A stretch of 64,000 nucleotides of DNA from Glycera tridactyla. Its lineage: Eukaryota. The notes under the pieces were generated by a model. It saw only the letters and a program-made list of their open reading frames with translations. It ran no database searches and was not told the origin of the DNA. Of this stretch, positions 25,101 through 37,100 are shown piece by piece (position 1 is the stretch's first letter; each line of letters starts with the position of its first letter). Both the position numbers and the translations under genes were made by a program. The DNA lies in assembly GCA_965644265.1 (NCBI GenBank), contig OZ286461.1, positions 44,826,001 through 44,890,000 of the forward strand, read 5' to 3'.

Positions 25101-28100
25101 TACACATATGGGACCAGGGAAACAGGTGGTTGCTACACCATATGGCTGATATAACAGATAATTATTCTGAGGTCCTGCTATGCATTTGCGAATTCCCTCC
25201 AGCTAAAAGATTTTGGAAGTCATTTTGACTTTCTCACAATGTTATGAAAATCTTCTGGATTTTGTAACATAATGTCAACTGTCCGAAAAACAGCAATTGA
25301 CAACATACACTGCCAAATTCTGTTTACTGAGTCCAAAATTTACATAGAATTCCTGCAGTTTATATGAAGAAAATCCTGTTTGGCATCTGGTGACATGGAT
25401 CATTTCAGTAACTAAGTTCTCATACAGTTGACCTGTCTACAAAGACCACTCTCGGTCGCATCAAAAATTATTTGTAGATACATCTAAACCTGCGACGAGG
25501 GACCACCCTAAATGTCGCAAAAAAGTGGTCTCTCGTCAGAGGTATATTTGACTATGTCAAATAGAAAAGGTGCCCTGGAAAAGCGGTCTCCTGTCAGAGG
25601 AGGTCTCTCGTCGCAGGTTTCACTGTAGATAGCCTGTCAGGATAATCATAACCTGGGGACCTCCATACAGAGCTGGTGTTTTGAGCGGGACCAAATGTAC
25701 CTCTGAAGCTTGAGAAAATGGGACCTATTTTTTTTATAATTTTGGTGGCTGGCACTGGCATGCCCTTCCAGGTTGGGATCATGCAATGCTGGCACTGAGG
25801 GTACTGTGTTGGCAATGGAACAATATTTCCCGTAGCAAATTTGGCTAACATTCATTTCAAACAGGTGTATTGAATTCCTGTGATGAAAATCTGTTTTGAA
25901 GCCCCCAAATGTCTTTGAACATAATTTCTCATTTGCTTCAGTTAAATTCCTTTTGGGCAGTTTGGCTAGAGCCAATACATGGGCAAGTGAGGACCCCAGT
26001 CAACAAAAACAGGGGTAATTGATCAAGAAATAGGGTTAACCAGATCGGTCCCAGCGCTAAATGTGAGCCAAATATTTGACTATCAAACAGAATAAACATG
26101 TCTGGAATCTCAAACCGGAAGTGCTACTCACTCTTTAGTCTCTATGTATCGGTAACATATACCGCAATATAACCCATTTTTGGCTGGATGGTTGGTTGGT
26201 TATTTGGTTGTTTGGGTGGTTGGTTGTTTGGTTGGTGTGGCAGCCACTGCTTCTGGTTGCATTGATTGATTGATTGATTGATTGTTTGAGGTTTAACGGC
26301 ATGTATCAACCCACAGGATTATTTATGCTGTGTGTTCCTGCTTAATGAAAGCTAGATGTTCTCTCCCCTGCAGACATCACTCTCACAAACCCTGAACACA
26401 AGATGATGGGGAACCTGAAAGGTTGTCAAGTGGAAGTAGCTGACAGTTCAAACACACCTCTACCTAATCTAAACATATACAAATAAACCTAGGATGGCAT
26501 ATCTAACTATATAGCTGGCTGGAAGCTAACACCCAAGCCTGATAGCAATGCATTTTTTTTTCGCAAAGCGCAGCACTTGACACATAGAAAAGCATTAGGT
26601 TAGGAGAATACTCAACCGAAGTGTTCAATTACAAACTGCCAACTTCAAACCAGCTTTACAATAATTTCATGTCCTATACTCGCAGTACGATGCCATCACA
26701 CATCCTAGTAACCTAGTCATCAGCCCTAGTAACCCAGAACTGGTGTGCTTGGTACCCGCTTTTTTGCATAGTGACAATATCTGCAACAGGCAAACCGTTA
26801 GCTACCTACACCGGAGACCATTTCGCTGAAGAAATAAGAAGGAGCTTAGAGTGATAGAAAAGAGGTGAAGAGAAAGAAACCATGGTGATAGTGTAATTTT
26901 GGTAGGAAATGCCTAAAGACAGATGACAGAAATTTGGAAGGTCTGTTTTCATTCAACCCCCACACCAAAAACCTATTGAGAAAAATAGAAGGGATGATGC
27001 TACATCTAGGCCACATCATCCCCGATGGCAACACTTCAAAGAAAAAGACCCGCGCCCATTGGTGGCTGCCTTCTGTAGAGACCCTGGACTCCCACCCTAC
27101 CCACGCTTCTGGTTGCAGGGCTCTACGTTGGCCGAAATATTTTGAAACCAGCTGGCTCCTGAGTTGATATTTTTGTCATCCAGTGCAAAATGTGGGTAGC
27201 TAATAGTCAATACCTTGCCATTTATAACCGCTCAGAATTTTAGGGGTGGCTGGCTCCTAACTTTCCAAATATGGTAGCCAGAGGATAAATTTCGTAGCAA
27301 TTGGCTACCCACAGGTGGCAACGTAGAGCCCTGGGTTGATCCATGGGAACTTTTAGTGGCTAATTGTTTGGATGGCCGGCTAGCTGGCTAGCTGCTTGGT
27401 TAGTTGGTTGATTGGTTGGTTGGTTGGTTGGTTGGTTGGTTGGTTGGATTGTTGGTTGGTTGGTACTCAACTGCATGTATCAAGCCAAGGAATCCTGTAT
27501 GGCCTATTTTCCTCACCTACATAGATGCCAACCTCTGACAGACAAAAATAGTAGCAGTGCCAATTTTGAAGAGTACAGAGCTGCATCTAGGAATTCATCA
27601 AGTGGGGCCAATATCGGGCCAGTTGGCCCCTATCCTTGAAAAAATTGCGCCAATCTTGAAAAATTGGGGCCAACGAAATTGTTCCCGCCAAAACGTGATC
27701 CTTCTCCAACCCACCATTAGTTCCGACTATCGCCGCGGAATACGGGGTGGCGCTGCAAAAAGTCGTTTCATTTGAGGAATGTTCGCCATCTGACGGATAT
27801 TCGGCGAACTGCGCAGTTTGAAGCCATTTGAAACGCGCGCGCTGATTGGCCGAGATCGACCGGTCACCTTTCTACGAGCCAATCAGAATCGAGAAGACGA
27901 ATCGCCGTCGTCTTCGCACCAAGAGCAATCGCTGCCGCGAGTCATTTCGACGAATTTTATCCGATTAAATATGATATGATACAGGTTCGTGGCGCAGTTT
28001 ACACGTCGAATCGCGTGGATATTTCGACAAATGCGTAGCAGTTGGCGCACAGTCATATTCGAATCGCGCCAATGTTCGTTTTTTCGCGTAAATCACGCCA

Positions 28101-31100
28101 AGGCGCGGCCTGGATGCAGCTCTGAGAGTAGCAATGGAATAATGAGAAAAATCCTCATTTTTCAAAGTAGCATCACTCGTAAAATGCAAGCATTTGGGCC
28201 TAAAAATCGTGGCAATTGGCATCTCTGCACCTATTTTTCAGGGGAGGGGGGGGGGGGGGGGGGGGGGCAGGTGGATTTCAATGATGTCTTCTTGCCCTGA
28301 AGATGTAAGAGAACCAGAGTGGAAACAATAAAGAAGATGATCAAGACTTCTTTATGTCCATCTGCCTGAAGCCTTTTAATTGAGCTACCATTTTTATATC
28401 GACTGCTTGAATTCCTGTACCAACTCTCTTCAAGTAAACCCAATGCAGGACTAATTGCGGTCAGTCTTGTCTTAAGCATATGGCCAAAGGCCAATACACA
28501 AAAGTGCATGCTTAGAACAGGTGCACGCTTAGTACATGTGAATCAGAGCAAAATCACTTAGTCTGGATGAATACAACATAGTTGCTTAAGGAAGGACCTT
28601 GCTAGTTACAATGCATGCTTATGGCCGGTTTGACTGTACTTTGCTTGCTCAGATTGCCTACCATTTGGGGGTAGTCAGCTGTGAAATGAAAGGGGCATGA
28701 TCATCATGGATGGGTACAGTGATGCAGGGGTTAGACATCAGGTTATATGATGACACCAGCTGTAATTTCTGTCTGATCTGATCTCTCTACCTTGATGAAG
28801 ACTATCGAATCAGCAATGATCAATACAGCCCCCCCCCCCCCCCAACCTTCCCCTGGCCCAAACCAGGAAACTCAGGTGAGCTATGCTCAAATCACATGCA
28901 ATCCACATTCATGACTGCCTTAAGCTTTATTCATCTACCTGGGGAGTATAGAACCAAAATCAACCCGCATGGTGGACTGAACATTCCACAATTACCATTA
29001 CTGCCTGGTGTTGGCGCTAGTCAGCCAGGAGCTAATGTTTTTCACACCTGGCTGACGGAATTAAAAAATCTTTCGCCAAATTGGCTAAAAGATATGAATT
29101 TGAAGCAACTGGAAACAGGGGCAGTATCTTTTCATATACAGTACAGTCGAACCTGCCCGAAACATGCACTGCACTATTAAAGCAAGAACCACTCTCAAGC
29201 ACACATGCTGTATCCATCCAGCCAGAGTATTTTCACTTTAATTTACCTCTAAAAAGCATGCACCTGATCTAAACATGCAATTATGTGTCTTCCCTTGACC
29301 GCATGCTTGGAACAGGTTTGACTGTAGCTCATTTAGTTATGAAAATCAGTATTTTATGATATGTCATTTGGGGTCTGCAAAACAGATTCGTTGAGTCTTG
29401 ACTCAATATAATGGCCTAAAATCAAAGTTATGGTTTAATGGTAGATAGAAGTCATTTTATAATGCTTTAGGCTATACAGGGTTCCTGCACCTTCAGCCCA
29501 ATCCAATATAAGACCTTTAAAAGACATTTGTAAGATTCCCCCCCCCCCCCCCCCCCCCCCCAATAAGACCTACAGACTAGCTCAGAACAAAGAAGAATAC
29601 GACAAGTCTGCAATTCATGTCTGGGGCAAGCGATTCCTTATAGTTTTCATCTTCCAGCCAATTGTCACTGAACAAGCACTTGCCCATTTTGTAGTTTTCT
29701 GTTGTAGTACCCTCTAATACACATCAGATTTCTACTCACGCAACTGGTATTTTGACTGTGGTCCGCGCCCATGTGTGTGTGTTGGATACTGTTGAAGCTT
29801 GGTAAAAGACCTTTGTAAGACCTTGTAACTATAAATGCCCAAAATAAGACTTTTGTAAGACCTCAATTTTGTCTGCTGCCAATATAAGACTTTATAAGAC
29901 TTTGTAAGGACCCGCGGGAACCCTGCTATAGTATGAAAAATCTGGCCAAGTACCCATTCACACTTTGATGAAGTGAAATGATGCAGAACATAAGATCCAC
30001 TCAGTCTCCTCCACAAAAAGTGCCACAGACCATATATAACTGTTCATTGGTGCCGGTCTGGTACTGAGTAATGGACCATGCCCATTTTGGTCACCCATTG
30101 AGCAGCGGCCCTGCTCACCAATGCCGACAATGCTGCTCAGTTGAAACCCGGAGTGACCCCACCTAACTTGCACCATGGTGGAATTTCAAAACAGGCAATC
30201 CTTCTGATGAAACTTTGCATTCTGCCCCACCCAATAAATTTGTCTGGGCAGATCCCACCGTCTGAATCACTCACAATTTCTGAGTGATACCTGTCTCACC
30301 TACAACTATCATTCAAATAATATATGACCTATATTCCACAAGACATCAGGCATCAATCTACGATGAGTAGTGATTTGTGCTTCAAAGGTCAACCATGCAA
30401 AACATGCAAGAAATCTTTCATAGAGATTGACGTTGCAACAGATGACATCAGAGGGAAATTTCAGTGTCCCTGGTTATGAATGTGTCAGCTTCACTGATAT
30501 TATCTGAGTGATCAAAGTGCCCACTTGAGTCTGATACCAGCATAAACTTACACGGCGTAGTAAAAGCGGCTACATCGCACTGTACAAGCAAGATCCTGCA
30601 GCCCCCCCCCCCCCCCCCCGTCATGATTAGGATCTCACTGATTACAGGAGTTGCATCAGTAAAAGTCATAGTACAATGTGGCTCAACCTGGGATATGATT
30701 GGATCACAGGGAAAGAGATATGAGTAGCTACGTATACCCCTCCACTCATTGTGGGATACCCAGCCCAGATATGGAAGCAGACACCCTTCGGGAAGGCAGA
30801 AAGTAGCTGCTTAAAGCAGGTGGCTGCTTTGTACAGTGGTTGCGTAAGACAGGTTAGACTTACTACACTCACCGTACAATCAAACCTGGTCAAAAGACAA
30901 CAGAGCTGCATCCAGGAATTCATCAAGTGGGGCCAATTTCGGGCCAATTGGCCCCTACCTACGAAAAATTCGCGCCAATCCTGAAAAAATGGGGCCAACA
31001 GAAAGACCGAATTTATAATGACGCAGAAATCGTCACAGAACACATTTTTCCCGCCAAAACATGATCCTTCTCCAACCCACCATTAGTTCCGACTATCGCC

Positions 31101-34100
31101 GCGGACCATGGGGTGACGCTGCGAAAATTTGTTTCATTCGATGGAAGTTCGCCATCTCACGGATATTCGACGAACTGCGCAACCTAGAGTCGGTTGAAAC
31201 AAGCACGATGATTGGCCGAGATCGACCGGCTATGTTTCTACTAGCCAATCAGAATTGAGGAGACAAATCGCCTTCGTCTTCGCACCGTGAACAATGGCTG
31301 CCGCCAGTCATATCGCCGGATTTTATCAGATTAAAGCTTACGAAATACAGGTTTGTGGCGCGTTTTGCATGTCGAATTGCGTAGATATTTCGATAAAAGC
31401 GTAGCGGTTGGCGCGCAGTCAATTTCGGATCGCGCCAATGTTCGTTTTTTCGCGTAAATCCCGCCAAGGCGCGGCCTGGATGCAGCTCTGAGACAACCTC
31501 TATACAAAGGCCATGCAAAGCTATAACCATGAAAGTATTTTCTATATAAAACCACCTCTCTACAAAGGCCACCTGTCAACAAAGGCCACAAGGTCAACAA
31601 GGGCATATCCTAGAATCATGTGTGATATGTACAAAGTGATACTCAGAGAAGAGCATGTAGGTAATCCTTGGAATTCGCTGAGGAATATTGAACAAATTTA
31701 GTGAAACCTGTGACGAAACCCCCTGATGAGAGAGCACTTCTAGAGGGAGACAGCTCTCACAGGACAGCATTCCAATTCGGCACAGTCAAGGCAACTAATT
31801 CTGAGACACTTCTTTATGATATCAAGGTGGTATCTCATCACACTGAACTGCTTTTTCAGACACTTGAACTTCGAGCATTATAGAGCCATGTGCTTACATC
31901 AAGACACTGAAGTTTAGGGCCAGATTTCAATGCAGTTATGGGTGTCAACTGGTCATAGGACTAACTGTGATCAGACACAAGTCCCATCAACAACTGCCAG
32001 CATGCACTATCATAGTAACACCCCAACCATCACCTCCATACAACCAGCATCTCCCATACAGCCAACACATTCGGCAACCTCCTCAGAGCTATAGCAAAGA
32101 TTATGACCACCAGATACATAACATAATGGAACCTACCTAGGGCATTGCTGAACCCCTTACCAACATTCAGGGAAAATTCTGGCCCCCCGAAATGCACCTC
32201 AGTCACTGTCGCATGGAGTAATTACTGTATTACAGTCGAACTTGTCCTAAGCAAGACTTGAACTAAGCAAGAACTTGCCTTAAGCAACAGGTTTTTGTCC
32301 TTCCCATCAGAATATTTTCCACTATAATTGACCTGTCCTAAGCATGAACTTGCTTCATGCTTAGGACAAGTTTGACTGTACTCTCAACCAATGTAGCAAT
32401 TCCACACTTTTTCCTGGATTCCAGGCTGGCTACGAACCCGGAGTATTAAATACAGGGGTCATTTCAAGGATAAGTTCCAAGATGTTCACACCCAGTACTG
32501 CAGTTTGCCTTCCTATCTCAGCACATCTGAAGGTGATTTCACAGGTTTGTTAAAACTTTGGATGAAGTAACATTTAGGGAAATCTTAAGACATTTCAAAG
32601 AGAACACCTACCTCCATCTTGGCATTGGTCCACCGCGGCACCTCGACAACCATGTTGAATGTTGTCTTCTCCCCATTTGCGTGAAGTGGAATATCATGGA
32701 ATGGCGAGATTACTTTGCCATTTCCATCCTCTGCAAAATGAATGGTGAAGTATATTACAGAACGCATTCTTTGCTTCTCAGTTTTTCAGAGGTAATGTAT
32801 TCTGCCTAATTAGCCCCCCCCCCCCCCCCCCCCCCTTCTGTGACGATCGCAGAAAAGTCATCAAACAAGCACCTGGCCTTCGCGCCCCGGATATTTGAAT
32901 TTACTGCTCAATCTGTCAGCAAGGAGGCCGGATCCAAGAATGGCGGCGCACATGGAAGAGGATGCCGCTTGACATGTCCACTGTTTCTGGCGAATATTCA
33001 ATGGATTTACAAGATTTACAAGATTTATGCAAGCACACCACACAATTCTATGTCAAGGAATTCATTCGTATGATCGTTTTCACTGTGAGTTTGATATTTC
33101 TTGTGTTAATTATCGCGCCATCCACTGAAAATTCAACATTGACATGTCAGAGAGATGAAGTGGTTACACAGATGCTGCAGTCAATTCTGCCTGCAAACAG
33201 AGAATATTTGTCATTTTTTCATAGTTTGACCTTCTATATGACACAAATAGAATCCAAGGAATTTGTTTATCAAAAGCGTTCTGTTATTTTCATGATCACC
33301 GGCGAATGTTCGCTAAAATATCCAATTATCGCCCATTGGCAATTTTTGACTTCTTGAAGAAATAAGCGCCCCCCCCCCCCCTTCTCAATTAGCAAACGCC
33401 CCGGGCGCTAATTAGGGGGAATACAGTATTCAGCCAAAAGCCAAAGAGAACATCGATGCCAACTTCTGATGAATAATAATGATAGTGGTACCAATTGTGG
33501 AGAGAAGCAATACCAGATTTGTATCACCAGAATTCCCTCTATAGATCAGCATTTCAGCTATATAGCTAATCAGAGAAGTTAATTGCTAAACAAACACTGA
33601 ACTTGCTGAAATGATTTCTGTCGGCACACAGGTGGTGGTGGTTCATCGTAGACGAATATTCTCCCAATTTTATTTGTTCTGGTGAAATAATGCAATATAA
33701 ATTGATGTGGAATCAGAATGCCATCAATCCTTCATTTTACTGAAGTGATTCAATGGAATGTTTCCTGATTATCTGCTATGTCATATTCCAGAGCAAGTTT
33801 GGACACGGCAACCATTTCTCCCTTGTCAATTTTTGACATCTTGAACAAATAACCACCCTCCTTATCGAATTAGCGAGTGCCCCGGGGCGCCTACTAGGAA
33901 AATTCCGCATATTGAGTTTCAGCATGAGAAATCTGTTTTGCACAGCCCAAATATCATAAAACACTGATTTTCATGACTGAATGAGCCCTATGAGAGGATA
34001 CAGTCCCTGTCTTTTATTTGCTGTACTAGTGTAGTTTAATCTCTTGGAGCAAGTTTGGCTCAAGATTTACCAATTTTTTTTAGCCAGACATGAAAAGCAT

Positions 34101-37100
34101 TAGCCTATGGCTAACTGGCTAATTGCTAGTACCAACATGGTCTGCACGTATAAACCAAGTTGATAATCACTTGGTGGTAACTCATTTAAGTGATGAGACT
34201 ATTCTATGTATTGGCAGCCTCAAGGGAGAATCGACCTGGATCTATATCTGATCTAATTCACATAAGATGATCGTGGGCGGGTGGGTGGGTGGGTGATGGA
34301 GGAGGACACACTGAGTCTACCTGTATCTTTGGGGGGGGGGGGGGGGGCCCATATGTCATGTTCATACATTTGATCAATCAGAACCCTAGTCTTCCAAGTC
34401 GCTTATGCTAGTTCCTACATTGGAGATGTACTGAAGCTCAGAAAAGTCCCCTCTGCATGAAAGAAAATTTTCCAATCGTTTTTTTTTTGTTCCGAAAAAA
34501 ATCGAACATGCAAAAAAATGAGCTGATAACACACCCTGGGTTAACTTCACATTGAGGGATGAGTACTAGCCACCTTCAATTAGTATATTCACAGGCTACA
34601 CAACTAAAGTACTGCCACTAGGAAGCCTTTCCACTAGGCTTCAAGAGTCCTCTTATAACCAGGGGGCCATTTTTCTTGGCCCCAGTAGTCCTCCTGAATG
34701 CTGGTTCAGCAGACTATTTTATATAAGAAGTCTGTCTAATTTCCTGATAGGAGGATGACCAGGGAGGGGTTTTACGCGAATCTGTCCGTCTAAACAGTGC
34801 CGAGCCAGCTAAATGGCGATTTAGGAGGACTGGGGTGTTGGAACCACCTACTAAATTTTAGACTATCAACACCACCTAATTTAGGAGGACTGCCTATTAA
34901 GTACAACAGGCTCCCCCTGGTCTCTGCTTTATGGATTTACTTAAGTTACTGGGTAGTATCCTAACCGAGACAGACAAACAAACAGGTCCATCAGTGTGAG
35001 TAAAATGTAGCCAGAAACATGTCATATCACAACGTCCACTTTATGACCTTTCCAGAGAACCTGCACCTATGTTCAAGATATGTGTTTGATTCAATCTGAA
35101 ATTGTTACTTATTCCTTCAAACAATTAAAACATAGGAATGCTCGCAGGGCACAAACCATTCAGCTGCCAGATCTTGACACATGGCATCTATAATCCCAAG
35201 GGTGAGGACATACTTCTAATCCCCAAACCCCACCCACCCCTCCCCATCCGACCAATCAATCAGTTCCTGGTACTGGTCTGAGTCAACATGTGCCAATGGA
35301 TACAATGCCAGTTTGTGTTGGGCTATGACTTGACCAAACAAGTTCCTTGTAAATATGACAGGTGTAATAATGGCACCAATCAATATGGTGCTTCTCCTCT
35401 GGGACTTATTAGGGAGGTTAAGACTTCAGTTATGCAACAAGACTGCATTCAATGATTTGCTGCTGTAGGAATGTCCCCACCAGCGATTTGATGCCAATAT
35501 AATCCAACTTGTCCTAAGTAGCAACACTTGGTAGGGGCAAAATGAGACTGCTTAAGAAGGGTGAATAATAGTGGAGAACCTCCAGTGGCTGCTCGGAGCA
35601 GGTGGTGGACCTGCGATAGTAATCTCATAGTCATTCGGCCATCTTCAGCCAGTAAATTGATCCACACCAGAACTACCGGTGTTCAAGCAACTTGCTCATT
35701 TTTGGCATGCTCTCTCACTGAGCCATAACTTTGATGACTTCTTTTTCGCCCAGTGAGATGATGGAATTATCTGGCCTGCACATTGAATACACTGGCCCTG
35801 GCCAGGTGTAGATTTGCCTCATTGAAAATGGACTTTGAGTTTTTCATATTTATGGAGAAAATTGTGGAAAATCAGTTGAATTTTGAATATTTCCCAATCA
35901 CGTTTAAATGAATTGAACCAACTAAATGTTCATGTTATCTCAATATGCATGCATGCACATGCACACACACCCACATGCACACCCACACACCTAGATGTGG
36001 GGATGCTGGTACCCTCATTAGACCTGCACTGACACACCCACTTCTAGCCACTCTCCCACCCACGGGACACCACCTGGACACTTGAATGATCTCATATGTG
36101 GACCCATGCACCATACTTTGGTAGCTAATCAATAATCTCTTCCCCTTCAAATCTATCCCCAGATATCTCTAGCCATAGCCATTGAAACTACCTCAGATCC
36201 AGTACAGAGAAAATACTTGCCATCTCCTCTGAACTGGGTGAAAATATACTGGGCAAAACCAACAGCCCCACACCCCTCGAAATCGATTCTACATCCATTA
36301 TAATTACGTATATTGCATTTATCGTCATTTTCCTTCTATTCAGCAGAATCTACCTACAGGTGGGAAGGTATCTCTTCTTGCATGGTTACAAGGCCAACAG
36401 TGTCCGTCTGTCTGTCTGGCATAGTTACAAGGCCAACAGTGTCTGTCTGTCTGTGTCTGTCTGTCTGGCATGGTTACAAGGCCAACAGTGCCTGTCTGTC
36501 TGTCTGAACACAGAAACAAAGTCGTCTATGAAAGAGTGACAAAAAGCAGTCTCACCTGCCTACAAAGACCACCCTTGGTCACATCAAACAGTGGTCTTGC
36601 AGAGAGGTGGCCTACTTAGACAAGAGGCCTTTTGAATAGAGGTGGTCTAGTGAGTAGGTTCAACTGAAGCTGTCAGATCATACACAACTTTCCCTACAAG
36701 TCATGGTACTTGAACCCTAGTGTGCTAGATCTAGTGCTGACCTTAATCATCAGTCAAGCATGAAGTCAGAAAGATTTCTGAGAAAGAGACAATTGTCAGA
36801 AATGACATCTCATAACAAATTAATTTGTTGATTTGTTGCAATAACTTCTTGTAAACATCGCTGTACTTCTGCCAGATAAGCTCGCTATCACAACTGAGAT
36901 ATACTGATGATATTCCTTCTTCACTGATAAGAATGATATTAAGTAAACATTTCAGATAGAGACACGCCAAGTAATTTCAGTAGACTTTCAACAGGGTCAT
37001 ACTGCTGCTTTACAGAGAGTATGTTCACAGAAAGATACACTATCAAAGCTGGCCTTTGTGTAGAGGTGGACTCTCAAGCAGGTTTGAAACCCAGTGATCG

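Noticed and set aside
25594-25975. Two overlapping minus-strand ORFs (85 and 109 aa) in pyrophosphatase intron 2, considered as a nested gene
   Set aside because: No recognisable motif or exon boundaries, and one runs into a MITE.
32962-33357. 131-aa ORF inside a TA-flanked element
   Set aside because: No DDE or helix-turn-helix features; probably incidental.
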